64,000 nt of DNA from the human T2T-CHM13v2.0 reference genome, Homo sapiens. Below the pieces are notes generated by a model, which did no database searches, was not told the origin of the DNA, and saw nothing but the letters and a program-made list of their open reading frames with translations. The DNA lies in the NCBI RefSeq assembly GCF_009914755.1, contig NC_060934.1; one strand, given 5' to 3'. Below are positions 27,448-40,534 of the stretch, in pieces. Within the stretch, counting starts at the first letter, position 1; every line of letters begins with the position of its first letter. The position numbers and the translations under genes are program-made.

Positions 27448-27519
27448 TTGGTTTCAATAGTTTGGTTGAATTCAGTTCAGTTCATTTGGTGCGACCCACC
27501 CTCCAGCTATGTGTTCAAG

Positions 27520-28290
27520 AGAGCAAGACCTTTGCTCTCGAGTAGTTCTGTGGGATGTCATATGTTAAGTAAATAAGTTTGCTAAAGGCTGTAAAACATC
27601 CAGAGGAAGGCTGAGTGCTACAGGGAGAATGGAGGTGTTAGTAAGTGTGTCAACATCAGACTGTACCTGAAGAGGAGTTTCAAGAGGAGTGGAGATTTTC
27701 TAGGTAGGTGACTGGAAATGAACTAGGTAGGCCTGGGAAGGGACATTGAGACGGGAGGACAGCAGACACCGAGGAATACAGGTGTGAAACTGCAGGGCCT
27801 GCTTGGGTACCCAGGAGTGGCTCTGTATTGCCTGGTACAGTCAGCACAGTGCCCACTGTGTGCGTGCAGTTCTAGGGAGGATTGATTGAAAGCGATGGAC
27901 AGAGGTAGAGGGTAGGGGGTTTTCAGGGATGAGAGACTAAATTATCTAACTACCAAGGCAGCAGAGTTGAATGAGAATTGGATTGTGCAGGGGGAAACCA
28001 CAGACAGGCAGACCAGCTTGAAGCTGCTACAATCATTCGTGTGACAGATGACAAGGGTTGGAGTCAGGTGATGCCATCCAGGGATACAGAGAAGAGTGCA
28101 TGTTTGAGACCTTAAGGAGACAAAATTGACAGCACTTGGCTACTGACTGGATGTGGGATTTCAGGGCTACCTCCCACTCTCTGGAGTGGGTGACTTAATG
28201 AAAGATGAGGCCATCAACCAGGACACAGCATCTGGGAGGAAGGAGACAGTGAGGGAAGACAACAAGCTCCGTTTTGGACATGTTAAGAGG
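27520..28290 (-). mobile_element. L2 fragment
   Basis: aaattgacagcacttggctactgactggatgtggg...gctccgttttggacatgttaag. Confidence 0.65.
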
Positions 28291-28989
28291 ATGCTGCCTT
28301 TTCAGAACCCTTTTCCTCACTACTCAGATCTTGTCCTGATTTTTTATAGGGTGCTTCATGAAACCAACTGTCACTTACCTGCCGCTGTTGTGGGGGCATT
28401 GTAGCAGCTCGATTTCAAACATTAGGTGATTTAGGAGAAATATTTCTCCTAAAGTCTTAGAAGTCTTAGAAGAAAGCCCAGAGCAGAGCAGTGTGGGGGA
28501 AATGGCAGAGGATTTTAAGAAGGCAGATATGGTGCATTGCAATCCTGGCTGCTCAGATCCTAGGAAATTCGTACAGCAAGAGCAAATGAGTCTCAGCAGA
28601 CAGAAACTGAGGAATCCCTGTGTTAGGGAAAGCATATAGGGACAGATAGAAGGAGGAGGCCATGGCTACCGCTCACACAGGAGAGAACTGAGAGATGCTG
28701 GGAGCACGGCCTGTGCCCAATCCCAGACCAGGCCAACCCTGGGAGCAGCAGGAGTGATTTCTGCTTGGGAGCAGCCAGTGAGCACTGTCCTTAGCCCAGG
28801 AACAATGAGAGGGGGATTGACCACTCGGTGGGAAGAATGAGAGGTGGGAACATGAAGAGAAAGGCAAGGCAGTGCCTGGTGCCAGGGGGCATTCCTGTGC
28901 TCCCTAATGAGGCTCTGGCTCGCTGTCCCCACAGCCAGCCTCACTGCACCACACGCTGACCTAAGGTTGGCCTCACCTGCCACTCTCAT

Positions 28990-30197
28990 GCCAACTGAAC
29001 AGCCCCCTCTCTTGGCCAAAGGGATCCCAGAAAAATCGTAAAAACTGAGTTCCCAGCCATGATGGAACAGGAGGTCAGAGGTGCCTCATGATACCCCCTC
29101 CCAAAACAACAGCATGAATGTTAAAATAGAGATCATAAGCCTGACACAATGGCCTCTTTGTGGCAATAAGAAACCAAATTATAAACAGGACCTACAGCCA
29201 TGCCAGGCAAGGATTAAGTCACACACCCCTGCATTTAAAGAATAACTGCATTCTGACTGCCACAAGGGTTTTCTTTGTCTCTCGCAACTAAACAAGCACT
29301 AGCCTTGAGATAAGCAATGTTAAAACAATTGTAGCTCAGCCACTGACAGATACTAACTGACCCCCATTCCATAAGCTGTAACTACAGCTTTGACTGGACA
29401 AGAGACTGATTTTAGTAACTTTCTCCTGATATGAGACCACTGATCAAGGACTGGTTCTGGCCAGTTTACAGAAGCTGCACACTTGAGTGCCTTCATGTCC
29501 CTTCTTCACCTTTTGATGTGTAGGGCCTAATTGTAATACATTTAAATGTTAAGCCTCCACCCCAAAGTGATCGTGTGATGCATGTAACCTGCATGCTTGT
29601 TCAGCACTCATGTATCAGGACCCTCTCTGTGAATATTCATAGCTCCTTTTATAACCTGTTAAATATGTATGCTTGGCCAACCCATCTGGCATAAATTCCT
29701 ATTGCACTCTCCCCTCCCTTGAAGTACCTGCTTCTGGGCCCTGCTGGAGGCTACACTTCCCAGCTGGTTGGGATGGCCACCCTGCAAGCTATAACTCTTT
29801 ATAAGAAATAAAGTTGGCCAGGCATGGTGGCTCATGCCTGTAATCTCAGCACTTTGGGAGGCCGAGGTGGGCGGATCATGAGGTCAGGAGATTGAGACCA
29901 TCCTGGATAACATGGTTAAACCCTGTCTCTACTAAAAATACCAAAAAAAAAAAAAAAAAAAAAAAATTAGCCGGGCGTGGTGGCAGGCACCTGTAGTCCC
30001 AGGTGCCTGGGACTACTCAGGAGGTTGAGGCAGGAGAATGGTGTGAACCCAGGAGGCGGAGCTTGCAGTGAGCCAAGATCGCACCACTGCACTCCAGCCT
30101 GGGCGACAGAGCAAGACTCCATTTCAAAAAAAAAAAAAAAAAAAGAAATAAAGTTATCCTTTCTTAATTTATAAATTGCGTGATTTTTCCATTGCCA
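28990..30197 (+). mobile_element. MER4D-like ERV1 solo LTR interrupted by an AluY
   Basis: ctctcttggccaaaggg...agagatcataag...aattgtaatacatttaaatgttaag...ggatggccaccctgcaag...aataaagtt. Confidence 0.8.
29816..30142 (+). mobile_element. AluY with an expanded A linker and a 10-bp insertion
   Basis: gagaatggtgtgaacc and ggagcttgcagtg. 13-bp TSD aagaaataaagtt. Confidence 0.95.
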
Positions 30198-30487
30198 CTT
30201 CCCATGAGAAAGCACCACTTTGGCAGGAAAGTAAGACGTCAGGAAGGAAAATGAAGAAAGTTTATTTCACTTCCTATTGGAAAAATTAGCTAAAGTCCTA
30301 ATTTGTAATGGGTGCCATTTGTGTTTTAATTAAGATTTTACATATGTGATTAATCAGTAGCCCTTTCAATTTCCAGCCAAACTCCTGGAATTTTGGCAAT
30401 GTTAGGTGCATTTACGATGTGGAGGGGCAGGCATGCAGAGTCAAGATGTCTATGTTTCGGCTAATACATTTGTCCATTTAAAAACAT

Positions 30488-30821
30488 CTTTGTTTTATTT
30501 TGTATTTTTTTAGCTTTTTTTTTGAGGCAGAGTCTTGCTCTGTTGCCCAGGCTGGAGTGCAGTGGCACCATCTTGGCTCACTGCAGCCTTGACTTCTTGG
30601 GCTCAGGTGATCCTCCCACCTCAGCCCTGCTGAGTAGCTGGGACCACAGATGTGTGCCACCATGCCCTGCTAATTTTTATGTACACATATATATTTTTTT
30701 TGGTAGAGATGGGGTTTTGCCATATTGCCCAGGCTTATCTCAAACTCCCGGGCTCAAGCAATCTGCCTGCCTGTTACCCCGAAAGTGCTGGGGTAACAGG
30801 CGTGAGTCACCGTGCCTGGCC
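30488..30821 (-). mobile_element. AluJ
   Basis: cactgcagccttgacttcttgggctcaggtgatcctccc. TSD aaaacat(c/t)tt. Confidence 0.93.
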
Positions 30822-30836
30822 AAAACATTTTTTTCT

Positions 30837-31069
30837 TTTTTTTTTTTTTTTCTTTTTCTTTTTTTCTCCTTATTTTTTTTTTTTTTTTATTATTCTTTAA
30901 GTTTTAGGGTACATGTGCACAACATGCAGGTTATTTACATATGTATACATGTGCCATGTTGGTGTGCTGCACCCAGTAATTTGTCATTTAACATTAGGTA
31001 TATCTCCTAATGCTATCCCTCCCCCCTCCCCCCACCCCACAACAGGCCCCAGTGTGTGATGTTCCCCTC
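30837..31069 (-). mobile_element. 5'-truncated young L1PA (about PA3-5) 3' end
   Basis: Long T tail, then ctttaagttttagggtacatgtgcacaac...tgtgtgatgttcccct. Perfect 14-bp TSD aaacatttttttct. Confidence 0.93.
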
Positions 31070-31319
31070 AAACATTTTTTTCTAAAAATTAAAGTAATTC
31101 TGCTGGGAATTTATCTGACACTACATAGGGACAGCATAGAACAGCTACACATAGTGCTCTGTTCAACTGGCCAGAAGTCTGAGAATTAAGGCACCCTTTG
31201 CTGCTCACTATTTAATTAGGAAGGTAATTTATTTATGAGGACTGCTTTAGCTCCAGTAACTTGAGGGCCAGTTTTCTAATGAGACAGTCACAGAATGTGA
31301 TGTTTTTTACACGGAGGGG

Positions 31320-31537
31320 AGATGTGGTGAGGGGCAGAAGCATGGGTCACATAGACCTGAACTGGAATCCTGCCTCGGTCACTTATTTGCTGAGTGACTT
31401 TGGCAAGTTACTTGACCTTCCTGTATCTTGGTCACTTTGCTTACAAAGTGGAGGGGTAACATCTGCCTTGTGGGACTGCTGCAAGGATTAGATGAGATAA
31501 AGCATGTAAAACACATAGTAGGTGTTTAATCAAGGTG
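31320..31537 (+). mobile_element. MIR SINE
   Basis: gctgagtgactttggcaagttacttgacct...aggattagatgagataa. Confidence 0.8.
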
Positions 31538-31554
31538 ATGTCACCCTGCGAGAG

Positions 31555-31790
31555 AGGCTATATTACAAAAAGCACAGTGACTGGGAGCAGAGGACCTAGA
31601 CTCAAGTGCCATGTCCAGTCCTCCCAGCTCTGAGAAGCTCTGATCTCCTCTGCGTCTCACTTGCATTATCTACGAAAGAGGGCTAATATAATTGTACTCT
31701 CTAATTAACTCTTGCAGATGCTATGAGGCCCCCAACTCACAATATTGTTGAAAGTCCTCTAAGAGCCACAAAGCCTTCTTAGTTATCAGG
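31555..31790 (+). mobile_element. MIR SINE, degenerate
   Basis: ctctgcgtctcacttgcattatctacgaaagagggctaata. Confidence 0.45.
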
Positions 31791-33249
31791 ATAGAACGAT
31801 GTTTATGAATGGGCAAGAAGGAGAAGGGAAGGTATGTGTTTGTATATAGAGGGTTTGTGTGGGGAAGACATTCATTCAATATTCAACAGATGTTTGTTAG
31901 TGTAGGCTTAAGCTGTGTCTACTGTAGGAGTTAGGACTGTGTGGAGGTGGAATTTGACCCTGGAGTTGATTCAGTGGAGAACATTGGGATCCCTCTGAAC
32001 ATGAACTCATCAAGAAGGGAGATGACATCATGGCGCATATGCCTCGCTTCAAGCCAAAGCACCACTGTGGGAGAGGTGAGGTGGGATTCCCAGGGGACTG
32101 TCCTGCACTCCAGACCCTTTTGACAGATGCCTGAGCCCTAAAGTAAGTGGGTCTAACTGGGCTGTATATTTATGGTCTCCTGCAACCTAGCAGCAAATCT
32201 GACACTCTCAGTTACCAGACCCTCAGTAGTTATTCTGAATGCATGAATGTGTTGAGTGTGTCTCTGTGGGACACAGAAAAGACCAGGCACCGATAGAGAT
32301 TTGGGATTGGAGATGGCAGCAATTGACCTGCAATGCCCTTGGCATTGGGCTTCGGTGTCTAGTGAGCAGCAACTGGACCTTGCTGGGCATTGGGTCATGG
32401 CTCCCACTTTATGAGTGGGTAAAGTTGGTAGGTATCACCATGACAACTCTTGGAGGACAGGAAGCAAATCACAGACATCTTAGCTGAGAGGGCTTGTTCT
32501 CAAAGCTCATGTTGGAGAAGGATTGACTGGAAGGACCTTTAGAGAGATCAAAGTTTCCATAGAATGAATGAAGCTGTAGTTAGAGAAGTACTTTCTGGAT
32601 GCCCAGGCTGATGTGTTGTAACATGTGTCCAATGCATGTTGGAAAGAAACAAAGGTAAAGGATGAATCATCTCAATTCCTAACACAGTTATAGTCTCATG
32701 GAGGAGACATGTACATTCCTGATGTAGGATGGGAGGAAACAACTAGATTCAGAAGAGAAGCCCAGAACAGGTGACATGAGTATTCAAAGGAGGATGAGAT
32801 GGCATCTGGCTCAAGATATCAGTGAAGGGGTGGGCTTTGATCTGGGCATGGAGGGCTGGGCAGAATTGGATGAGGGAGATGAGGCAGAAGGTCATCTGGA
32901 CACCAGTTCTGGATCCCTAGAGGGAGAACCCAATTGCCCCCACCCTCTGTGTCATTTCTCCATGCTATTCCTCTCAACTGTGGCTATGAGGGAGGTGAGG
33001 TCCTGAAGGGAAGAGATGGCTGCAGGTGATGCCACTTCTTGTGCCTCTACTCATTTCTTTAGAAAGACATCTCAGGTATACATCCCATCCTTGGGGCTAT
33101 TCTAACAGGCTCTTTACACCTAGAAGCTGGTGATCTGGCTTCCACAGAGCCACCTAATTAATCTCCCAGAAGCATGACTCCATTTATGTTATGACCCTGC
33201 TCCAAAATCTTCACTGATTCCCAGTTGACTCTGCAAAGTTTTAAAAACA

Positions 33250-33392
33250 TCCTTGATGACAGGAATTTCTAAAATACCGGGACTCCTCTCCAGAAATTCC
33301 AAACCAGTGCATCTAGTTGGAGGCATAGTGATTGATTTCCTTAACAAGCATGCCAGGTGATAACTAGCCTCAAGCATATTAGAGAAACCAAT
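33250..33392. mobile_element. MER5-type fragment
   Basis: ttaacaagcatgccaggtgat...ttagagaaacca. Confidence 0.5.
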
Positions 33393-33789
33393 TATCCTGC
33401 AGAATGAATTCTAAAATCTTGAATTTAAGACTGGAGAATCTGGTAAAGTGGTCTGCAGATAAAGAAGAATAAATTGATATTTAGGGAGAAGCAAAAATGC
33501 AAGAGAGGGGAAAGTCTCACCAATTTTCCACTTTTCACTAGACACCCTGTGTTCTTACAATAAACATTCTTTATTTTGCCTGAAAATACATGATCTTCTA
33601 CAATGTGCAACCAAGAACTCATGACAAATAGAGGAAGGATTGCAAGAAGTCATCATTCTGGTGTGATGGGCACACAGACTGGTGAGTGCACTGTCACCTC
33701 CTGTGACCCTGTCTCCTAGAGGGTAATTTGGCTCTGACACCCAATACCCTCTCCTTCTTCCCTTTTCTGTCTTCACTCTGAACTTAAGC

Positions 33790-34245
33790 ATAAGGAATTT
33801 AGAGTTTATCTGATTGTGGAATCAACTTGATCTAGTTCAAACTCATGTTTGTTGCCTGAATCTCAAGTCCTTGGGTGTCTCCCATCTCTGTTTGGAATAG
33901 AAGTTCCCCCTAGAAATGAAGGGGAACTCACTACTTCCAATTTTAAAGCATTCCAGCGGTTAAAACGTTATTCTCTTATCCCTTTCCATTGAACCCAGCT
34001 CTGCCCTCTAAAATGACCCACGATAATTCCATTGTCTTTTCCACATTATTTTTCAGCAATCTGAGTTCAGATATAATGTGTATTTAGTCTTCTCTTCTAT
34101 AAACTTCTGGATGTTTAAGCACAATGCCTCACATTATTTTGAGTTAGCTCAACTTCGGGTTGCTCTTCTTTGGGAATGCTCTAATTTGTCAGTTTTCCTC
34201 TTAAAGGAAATGTAGTCCTCCACATGAAGTCTGATCAAGAAAGAG
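33790..34245 (-). mobile_element. L3/CR1 LINE fragment
   Basis: ggggaactcactacttcc...cagctctgccctct...agtcttctcttct...ctctaatttgtcagttttcctcttaaa. Confidence 0.65.
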
Positions 34246-34539
34246 AAGCATCTCTCTTACTTTGGCATTGAAAGTTTGTTAAACTAAGTGTGTGTGTATG
34301 TGCACGTGATAGATCTGTGTGACAGTGGTTAGTCAGTGAATCCTTTGATTTCACACTTGGTGAATGGTAACTTTGTAGCCGGCATATCACAGTGCCCTTC
34401 CAGTCAGTCAGAACCTTTGACCCTTTTTGCAGGTGCTGCCGACAAGCCAGGTCTGCCAGCAAATGTGCTCCATGTCTACAGACACAGCTATGTCTTTAGA
34501 GGGACATCAGGGTGCTGAGTTTTCTTCTGGGAGATAGTT

Positions 34540-34680
34540 AAGTCTGGAATTAGGACAATCTCAGGTTAGAAGTCTGGCTCCTGGGTTCCGGTTTTGGCTC
34601 TGGCATTGGCTCACACTGTGGCCTTGTCTCCACTTTCCTCTCACTGAGCCTCAGTGCTTCCTTCTCTATAACATAGGACG
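34540..34680 (+). mobile_element. MIR SINE
   Basis: cctgggttcc...cactttcctctcactgagcctcagt. Confidence 0.6.
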
Positions 34681-36379
34681 CCAGGACTGTAATATTGGCT
34701 CCCAGCCGATCTCCGGTTTGATCTATGCAGAAGGCAGAGGTGTGCTCAGAAAAATGTATCCATGCCCCTAATTCCCATTGCTAATGGGGAGAGGTGGGGA
34801 AAGGGATGCTTAGGAACAGAAACATTTTCTAGTGAAGCCCCTGTTTTCTGCAGCTCTACCCCTGACATATACCAGGAACTTGCAAGGCAGAGGGATGAGG
34901 CAGAGTGGAAAGGCCTGGCCCCAGACACCAAACATGTGTCCCCTTTCCTCACCATTAGGCAGATGCTTGGGACTGGTTATCCTGGCCAGGCAGTTGAAGA
35001 AATCCTCCATCCCCTAGCTTCCAAAGGAACATAATGTCAGAGGAGAAGTTTCCTGAAATTGGAGGTAGAGCCCTTGGTCCCAGCAGCTGGGGGAGAAAGC
35101 TGGAGGGCAGAGAACCAGACAGATCATGTTTTGACCTAGTCTGGGTTCCTCCTTTTTTGAAGTTCTAATGTTGCCAAAGGGGATTTGATTTCCTATCCTG
35201 GGACCTGGGTGAACCTGAACCTCCTGGACAAGCCCAGGGTTAGGGCCAGATGAGCTTGGCCTGGGGCAAAGGCCAGCATGCACAGCATGTCCTGTGAGGC
35301 TGGAAGGACAGTGCCAGTCCTAAATCCAAGGTGAGCCCATGGGACCAGAGACAGGGTTGAAGCTGGAGGTAGAGATGTGGGATGCCGGAAAGGACCACAT
35401 GCTGAGCACTGGGCAGGGCCCTCACCTGCCCCTAGTACCGCAGAAGCATAGTTCTTTGGCATGGGTGAGGCCAGTGGGTATAAGGCTGTAGTTTATGGAT
35501 GGATAAATTGGGCACATGTAAAGTCTCATGGTTAAACGTAGGGGCTCCTAGTTTCCGCCAGCTTCAGACGTCATTTGGCAATTCAGAAAATAGGTACCCG
35601 TGACCTGCTGAAGCTGGCAATGGATCCATGGGGTAATGTTAGGGAGAAGACCTGGGGAAGGAGCTTCAGGAATGCAGGGGGCTCTCTTAGAAGGATACTG
35701 TTCTCCACCCACCATCCTTCCCAGCCTCCACCCCAACCCTCTGCCCAGGGCCAGTGATCTGTGGGATTTGTGGCACGTGCTGTCACCCTGGTGGAGGCGC
35801 AGATGGAGGGCTAGTCAAGCAGCACCATTTATTTTTTGGAAGCAGCAGAACTGAAAACCTTGTGTCATTTTAACAAGAAGAAATGAAACAGCAGGCAATT
35901 AGGCAGGAGTCTATCAATTAGTGAGCCAGAAAAATGCTTTGCAATATTTTGATGATTCAACACTGTCAAACAAAAACAAAATGAAAATAATAACCCCAAA
36001 CAGACACCAGAAAACCCACAGAAATTGTTAAATGATCAGTTGGTTTAAATGCATTTAAAATAAATGGAAAAAAGAGACAGAACCATTTGGTAGGGAAGAC
36101 AGAATTAACAAAATGTGATGAACACCCCATTTCTAAAAGGAATACATCTGCCTGGGTTCCTCTCTCATACTCTCCTCTCAACCCTCCTTGACCAACAAAT
36201 TACTGTGACCATCTATACTCCCCAGCTTGGAAAATGTATTGAGCCTTTCCTGGAGTTAGGCACAGAGAAAACAGGCAAGGCACATTCCTTCCCTCTTGGG
36301 CTCTGACACCGAGTGTCTCTCCCCAGCAGGTCATGAGGGCCAGCACCCTGGAAGTGTGTGAAAGAAGTCTTTTTCAAGT

Positions 36380-36612
36380 TAGTAGGTAAGGGAGTAGAGT
36401 GTGTCTTGCCATGATCTGGCCTTGGAGTTGAATCTCAGCTTTGACATTCACAAGAAATGGAAACCAGGGGAAGATAGACAAGATTTTTAGAGGTTCTGTT
36501 TCCTCATTTGCAATCAGGGCAATGATTCCTACTTCATGAGGCCATTGCCAGGATTAAAGAAGATAATATATAAAAAGTTGGCGATGCAGAGAAGGTGCTA
36601 GACACTGCTATT
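36380..36612 (+). mobile_element. MIR SINE
   Basis: ctgtttcctcatttgcaatcaggg...aggattaaagaagataatatataaaa. Confidence 0.7.
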
Positions 36613-39269
36613 TCTCTTTCCTCCTTAGAGCTTCAGACTTAAGATGACTGGCATCTCCAGGAGCATTTCCCATCTGACTTGCAATACAAGTGCACAATAG
36701 AGAGGGCCATTTGGCCACATGGTGACTTATGGCCTTGCTGGATACCTGGCCCTGGAAGATTTCCTGACAGTAGCTCAAGTTGCTTTCTTTGGCAACACTT
36801 TCCTTATTTCCCCACAACAGATTTACTTTGAGAAGAAGCCTTTATAAGGAACTCAAGGCCTCTGTTACTATGATCTTTTTGTTCTCTCTGAGTGGAATGT
36901 GCATGTTGGTTTCTGCTTGCTTTGTATCTCTTCCTTGCCTTAAGTTCTTCAATTCTGGTGTACAACAAAGATATTCAATGCACAGTTTATTAGAGTATGT
37001 ATGTATTCATTCAATTCATTCATTCTTCATTTTTCTATATCTATGTCTTGCTCACCAGACAGAGGCTAACATGGCACGTTTGCAGGGATGGGATATGGAG
37101 GATGGGGTCGGGGAGGCCTCGGGTGCTGGGGGTGCCCTCTGCTGGGATGATTATCTACACCTGCAGTAAAGAGCAACCCATGCCAAGTGTGGCTCCCTGA
37201 CTCCAGTAGGAACAAGATGCCCTTTCAGAGGTGCCTTCCTGTGGCCAGGCCCTCAGCCTCGGAGCAGGTGGGTTGAGGCTGGCCTTGGAGACAGGACAGT
37301 TTTCTTCAGCTGAGTTGAGGAAGGGCCCAGGCTGCACTGAGTAAACCACATGCGTGTCTGAGTGTGAAGGCCATTCTGAGATGTGTGCTGAGGCTGGTCT
37401 GGCCCAGCTGTGTGACAGCCCAGTTACTATGATCATGAAAAATGTGTTTATTCTCACATGCAGTACCCACTGTGCATACATCCACATAACCACCTGCCCA
37501 GAGCCCCGCAACTGCAGAGCTGGTGAGCCACCAGTGGTCACTTCGACAGCACCATCATAATAAAAATGGGGAAGCTGAGACCCAGAGCGTGGAGTTCACA
37601 AGTCCAAGATCACTCTGAGAGCTGAACACAGGGCCTCACAGGCCCCTGCTGCCCCCTCTCCCATCATACTCAGTCCTGCTCCCTGGACACAACCTCTCTC
37701 AATTCTCTAGCTATTTCTTCTACTGTTCATTTTTTGTTTCCCTGAATTACAAGTTTTGACGGCTGCTTCTTAACTTATCAGTTTTTGGCAATTATCTACT
37801 GACTTCTCATCAGGTTGACGTGGACTCAGCTCGCCTATTTCCTGCCCCCATCTCATTTCAGTCTCCTCATCCACCCAGGTCCTCTCAACTTAATTAAAAA
37901 CATTGTTCACTGCGGGTCAAGTTGGTGCTATAATTGCATTTTCCTTCTTGTACATCTTTTCATTTTCCTAGAATTAAAAATTGCACATTGCTTTTTCATT
38001 TGCATAGTTTATGATGTGCCTGCTATTGTGTTTCCCTGCCATCAGATCTGTCGTAACCTTGGCAGATGGGTTTTCCCAAACGGGGAGCTGCATTTTCAGC
38101 CATGTCTTAGACCAGTTCTATTCCCAGGGTGTTCCGTCCTCACCAGTCTGGTTGGAGGCACAAATGGGGTTACACTGCCAGGAGCCGTCTGCATGGCTTA
38201 CACAGGCCTGGACCTCCCTCCTTAGTCCAGGCACTCCTGGGAGTTCCAGGGTGTCTCTCCCACGTGCTCACAAGCGACTCTGCTTCTGGCCATTTTCTGC
38301 TGTGTGGCTGCCTCTGCCAGAGCCTCCTGCTTCTCTGCTTCTTCCAGCTCTCACCATAATAGCCTCTCCTACCAGGGGCCGTAGGTTTCTGCCAGGTACC
38401 CTGCTTAGTGCTCTGAGGGCCTCCTGATGCTGGCCGGCACTGCAGTGCACTGTAGCACGATGGCATGGGTGCTGCCTCTGCTGCTGGCTCCCAGGGCTAT
38501 ATGATACTGACACTGGGACTGGGCCCACCATTGCCCTGGATTGTAGGGACATTCCATGTCGGTTGGTCCGGGACAAGGCTTTCTCTTTGTGTTCCCATCC
38601 CCATCAATGTGGTCCAAGTCCCCACCATTTGTTCACAGGGGTTTACACTGATTTGAGGCTGTTGGCTGCAGGATGGAGTTGATGAGGGCGTTGCCCTCCA
38701 GCACAGCTTGTGCTTGGTCCCTTTCACTGGGGGCCCCGATCCTTTTGCATCCTGGTCTTTCTTCCTCTCCCCACTGCAAAGACTTTTCTCCTTCCTCACT
38801 TTCCTTTTCTGTCCCTGTCACCAAATAAAAGCACTTGCCCTGGTAAAAACACATTGCAGGTCATGTTTTACCTAGGTCAGTATCTGTGTCTTGGAGTCTT
38901 GTTTCAGCTTGGGGTGGCCCAGGGCACCTGTGAGAAGGGAGAGGAAGTACACAGAAAACAAATCCATTCATACTTGGAGTCTAACCTGCCTCCTCAGGAC
39001 AAACTAGGTGCTGCCCACGCCTGGGTCTTTGCGTTTTTAAGGGAAAGGCTGCTGCTACCTGATTTAATTTTTGTTCCCTTTAGGAATTGGCTGGCCTGAG
39101 GACAGATTCCTCAGTGTCTTTGTGATCACCCCTCTTGGGTCCCTGGGCACCGTCTCTGTTCCTGGGTCAAGCTTGTTCTGCCTGGTTCCCTCTCTGCCCA
39201 GGAGGAGCCCCTGTTCCTCTGTTCACTGTCTTCAAAATAGGTCTGGATGCAGCTTAGGCTCAAGCTGAG

Positions 39270-39608
39270 TGATAGGGTTTGGCTGTGTCCCCACCCAAAA
39301 TCTCATCACAGGTCAAGGGCGGGACCAGGTGGAGGTAATTGAATCATAGGTGTGGTCTCCTCCATGCTCTTCTCATCTCACGAGAGTCTGATGGCTTTAT
39401 AAGCATCTGGCATTTCCCCTGCTTGCCCTCGTTCTGACCTGCTGCCCCGTGAAGAAGGTGCCTGCCTCTTCTTTGCCTTCCGCCATGATTGTAAGTTTTC
39501 TGAGGCCTCTCCAGCAATGCGGAACTGTCAGTCAGTTAAACCTCTTTTCTTTATAAATTACCCAGTCTCGGGTATTTCTTCATAGCAGTGTGAGAACGGA
39601 CTAATACA
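39270..39608 (+). mobile_element. THE1 (B/C-type, MaLR) solo LTR
   Basis: tgatagggtttggctgtgtccccaccc...gagaacggactaataca. 5-bp TSD ctgag/ctcag. Confidence 0.92.
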
Positions 39609-39775
39609 CTCAGACCTGGCACTCTTGATTTAAATGAGATATGATTTTCAATGATTTTGGTATGTTTTAATGAAATTATACTATTTTCAATACAAAATGT
39701 ATTAAAACTGAAAATATGATTGATTTTATAAATCTTTGGTAAACTATATAAATAAGTTCACATTTCAGAACTGAC

Positions 39776-39842
39776 TCCCCTCCCTCCCTCCCTTCTTTCC
39801 TTCCTTCCCTCCCTCTTTCCTTCCTTCCCTCCTTCCTTCCTC
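39776..39842. repeat. (CCTT/CCCT)n microsatellite
   Basis: Seen directly. Confidence 0.85.
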
Positions 39843-40534
39843 TTTTTATCCTTTTTAAAAAAATTAATAGCATTTTGGTTCAGAGAAATGGCCACTTTAC
39901 CTGTAGAGGGACACCTGCAGCACCCATCCCAGTTGTGGCTTGATTGATCAGCCCTCCCTCTCCAGCTAGGAATCCACTGCAGCTGCGGAGTCTCTGCTCT
40001 TTGCCTCCAGAGAAGCTGCATCAAGCAGATGGATGGGCACTTTCCAGCTTTAGAGGAAATTCACTTCAGCAACCCCAGAGCAGTTTGAGAAACAAATGTG
40101 TCTGTTGTAAACATCTCACACAGTCATAAACTGCAGCCTCTCTTTAGAGCCCCACAGAGACATGACCCTGCCCTTCCCTGACCCCTGCACTGTGGTTTAT
40201 GAGTAGTTTTCTCTGCAAGGGGGAATTGGTGACTCTCTATCAAGGATGAAGAGAAGCAGAAATCCAAGCAGGGACCTTGCAGGGGCCTCAGGCAGGTCCT
40301 GCCAGACTGTGCAATGTAGACGATTCAATTCCACTTGGTCCAATGACCAGCACTGTGCCTGGAACTGTGGTGAGAAGCCAGATGTGTGGGTTCATGCCAG
40401 GCTCTGCCCTCTGTGAGTGTGAGTCCACATCCAGGCCCATGATTTTATTATAAAATCATGCTTCCTGTCTGACCTCCATGTAGGCTAAAGTCCTGTTTCA
40501 TTGAGCAGCAACTGACTTTATTATACTAAGATGA

